This document shows, one piece after another, positions 62,379 to 64,000 of a DNA stretch of 64,000 nucleotides. The position numbers and the translations under genes were made by a program. Numbering within the stretch: the stretch's first letter is position 1; every line of letters begins with the position of its first letter. Below the pieces are notes generated by a model that did not search any database, was not told the DNA's origin, and saw only the letters and a program-made list of their open reading frames with translations. Origin of the DNA: Camelus ferus (taxonomy: Eukaryota); contig NC_045697.1 of the NCBI RefSeq assembly GCF_009834535.1, positions 17,176,001 to 17,240,000 of the forward strand. Reading direction: 5' to 3'.

Positions 62379-62777
62379 AGATGTTCTTTGCAAATAAATA
62401 AATAAATAAATCCAATTATAGGGGGACATTTACTTTATGGAATTTCTTTATTCACATATATTATACAGCATGATTGGAAAATGCATATTATATAGAAAGA
62501 AAATGATAGCATCCAATTATACTCATATGGAATATGATGTCTACTTTGCAAAAATGCACAGGAAAAAGGACTTGAATGAATTACATAAACAGTATTAATA
62601 CTGCTTGTCCCTTGTGATAGAATGATGGTCAATTTATGGGGGCTCTTGTGTTCTTTCCAAATTTCTTACAAAAAGCATGCTTTACTTTTAATTTCAATAA
62701 TTCTGTTTTTATTTCTAGATGTTCTCCTTGGGTCTTTTTGAATCTTTCTAGGCTTTTCAATAAACATTTGGGACATG

Positions 62778-63117
62778 CAGTAGTCTGTCCTTATCTGCAG
62801 TTTCACTCTCTGTGGTGTTAGTTTCCAGCTGTCAAACGTGGTTCAAAAAAATTAAATGAAAATTTCAGAGATCAACAATTCATAAGTTTTAAAACTACAC
62901 GCCTTTCTGAGTAACAAGATGGACTCTTGCACCATCCAGCCCCGTCCTGCTCAGAATGTGAATCATCCCTTTGTCCAGCATATCTGCACTGCATATGACA
63001 CCCGCTCATCAGTGTCAGAAGAAAACATAGTATATTTAGGGTTCAGTACTATCTGCAGCTGCAGGCATTCACTGGGGGTCTTGGAATGTATCCCCCATGG
63101 ATGAGGGGGGACAATTG
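62778..63117 (+). mobile_element. TcMar-Tigger MITE, MER44A-like (340 bp)
   Basis: TIRs cagtagtctgtccttatc / gatgaggggggacaattg, flanked by tg/ta, with internal gtgaatcatccctttgtccagc. Confidence 0.88.
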
Positions 63118-63119
63118 TA

Positions 63120-64000
63120 TGTTATTTGGGATTAGTCAATTCTTCTGCTCATGTTTTCAGTTCTACTATTTCACTGAACATTTTTCTCTTATTTTATGAA
63201 GTATTACCATAACTTCAATGCTTGAAGTACTTAAGAATCTCATTCTGCTATCTGTTGTTTCCCTTGACTCTTACATACATAACAACTAAATTCTTCATGT
63301 GTTTGTGATTCCAGATTGTGAGATCACATGAGACTAATCTGAAACTATGGAGATGCTGTAAGGTCTAGGATAAAGGTGCATTTCTCCAGCAAGCATTTGC
63401 ATCCATATCTTCCAGGCACTCTGAGCACCACCAATCCAGGACCTCTAAAGTTAAGATCTCATCCAGATTGCTCAGGGAGTATAAATTCAACCCCAACACC
63501 AAAGGAGGGCAGGGCTGTTGTTAAAATTTGGGGAAGAAGACATTTTTCCCCTAGTGAGAGCTAAGTCTAACATATCTCTCTTAGACAAAAGGAAGGGAGT
63601 TTTCCCTAATTCACTTTTTTTAATTTTTAGCACTTTTTTTTTTTTTTTGCAGGGGGAAGGGATATTTAGATTTATTTATTGTTTATTTAACAGAGGAACT
63701 GGAGATTGAACCCAGGACCTCATTCATGCTAGGCATGCACTCTACCACCAAGCTACACTCTCCCTCACTAACTCACTTTTTCATGGAAGGTGTAGTCCTT
63801 TGAGCGCCCCAGCTTTACAGTAGGGTCTCAGTTGCAACTTCCCAAATTGCACAGGCCCAAAGACCAGTTTCTGGTCCCCAGCACAGTAGTCAAAGAATCT
63901 AATTTTCTGCCCTTAGCAAACACCCTCAGGGCAAAGTCTCAGCTTATCCATCACACCCACTTCCCATGATACCCTGGAAACTGTTACCCCTTTTTTGCAG
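63120..64000 (-). mobile_element. Possible old L1/HAL1 5' region, split by a SINE
   Basis: tctgttgtttcccttgactctta..ttcttcatgtgtttgtgatt..gattgtgag resembles antisense old-L1 5' regions. Confidence 0.4.
63621..63764 (-). mobile_element. tRNA-derived SINE (vic-1-like), long-tail form
   Basis: Antisense head gattgaacccaggacctcattcatgctaggcatgcactctaccac. TSD ctaattcacttttt (63606) / ctaactcacttttt (63768). Confidence 0.92.

Noticed and set aside
1..64000. Naming a host gene
   Set aside because: I recognised no exon, so neither the gene identity nor the transcribed strand can be supported.

Overview
This is mammalian non-coding genomic DNA, either a long intron or intergenic. It is most likely camelid, because nine copies of a tRNA-derived SINE resemble the camelid vic-1 family as I recall it. 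I can support no host protein-coding exon, no genuine RNA gene and no CRISPR array. The ORF-track entries I can assign are decayed LINE ORF2 or simple-repeat translations, and the rest match nothing I recognise. The window is a mosaic of transposon fossils: two ~2 kb 5'-truncated L1s, several L1 3' ends with target-site duplications (TSDs), an ancient CR1/L3 reverse-transcriptase fossil, L2, MIR, MaLR and ERV solo LTRs, and DNA-transposon MITEs. These are interspersed with AT-rich unique blocks that look like regulatory elements. The best leads are a compound L1 insertion with three copies of the target site and a polyadenylated 3' transduction (41662-44279), a homogeneous 39-bp minisatellite (9554-9777), a recursive-splice-like AG|GTAAGT site (32769/32770), CpG-retaining patches, a PBX-MEIS motif cluster, a convergent CTCF motif pair and a short interstitial telomeric array. 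I found no convincing novel biological system. Family names come from recalled consensus sequences, not from a search, and the boundaries of old repeats are approximate.
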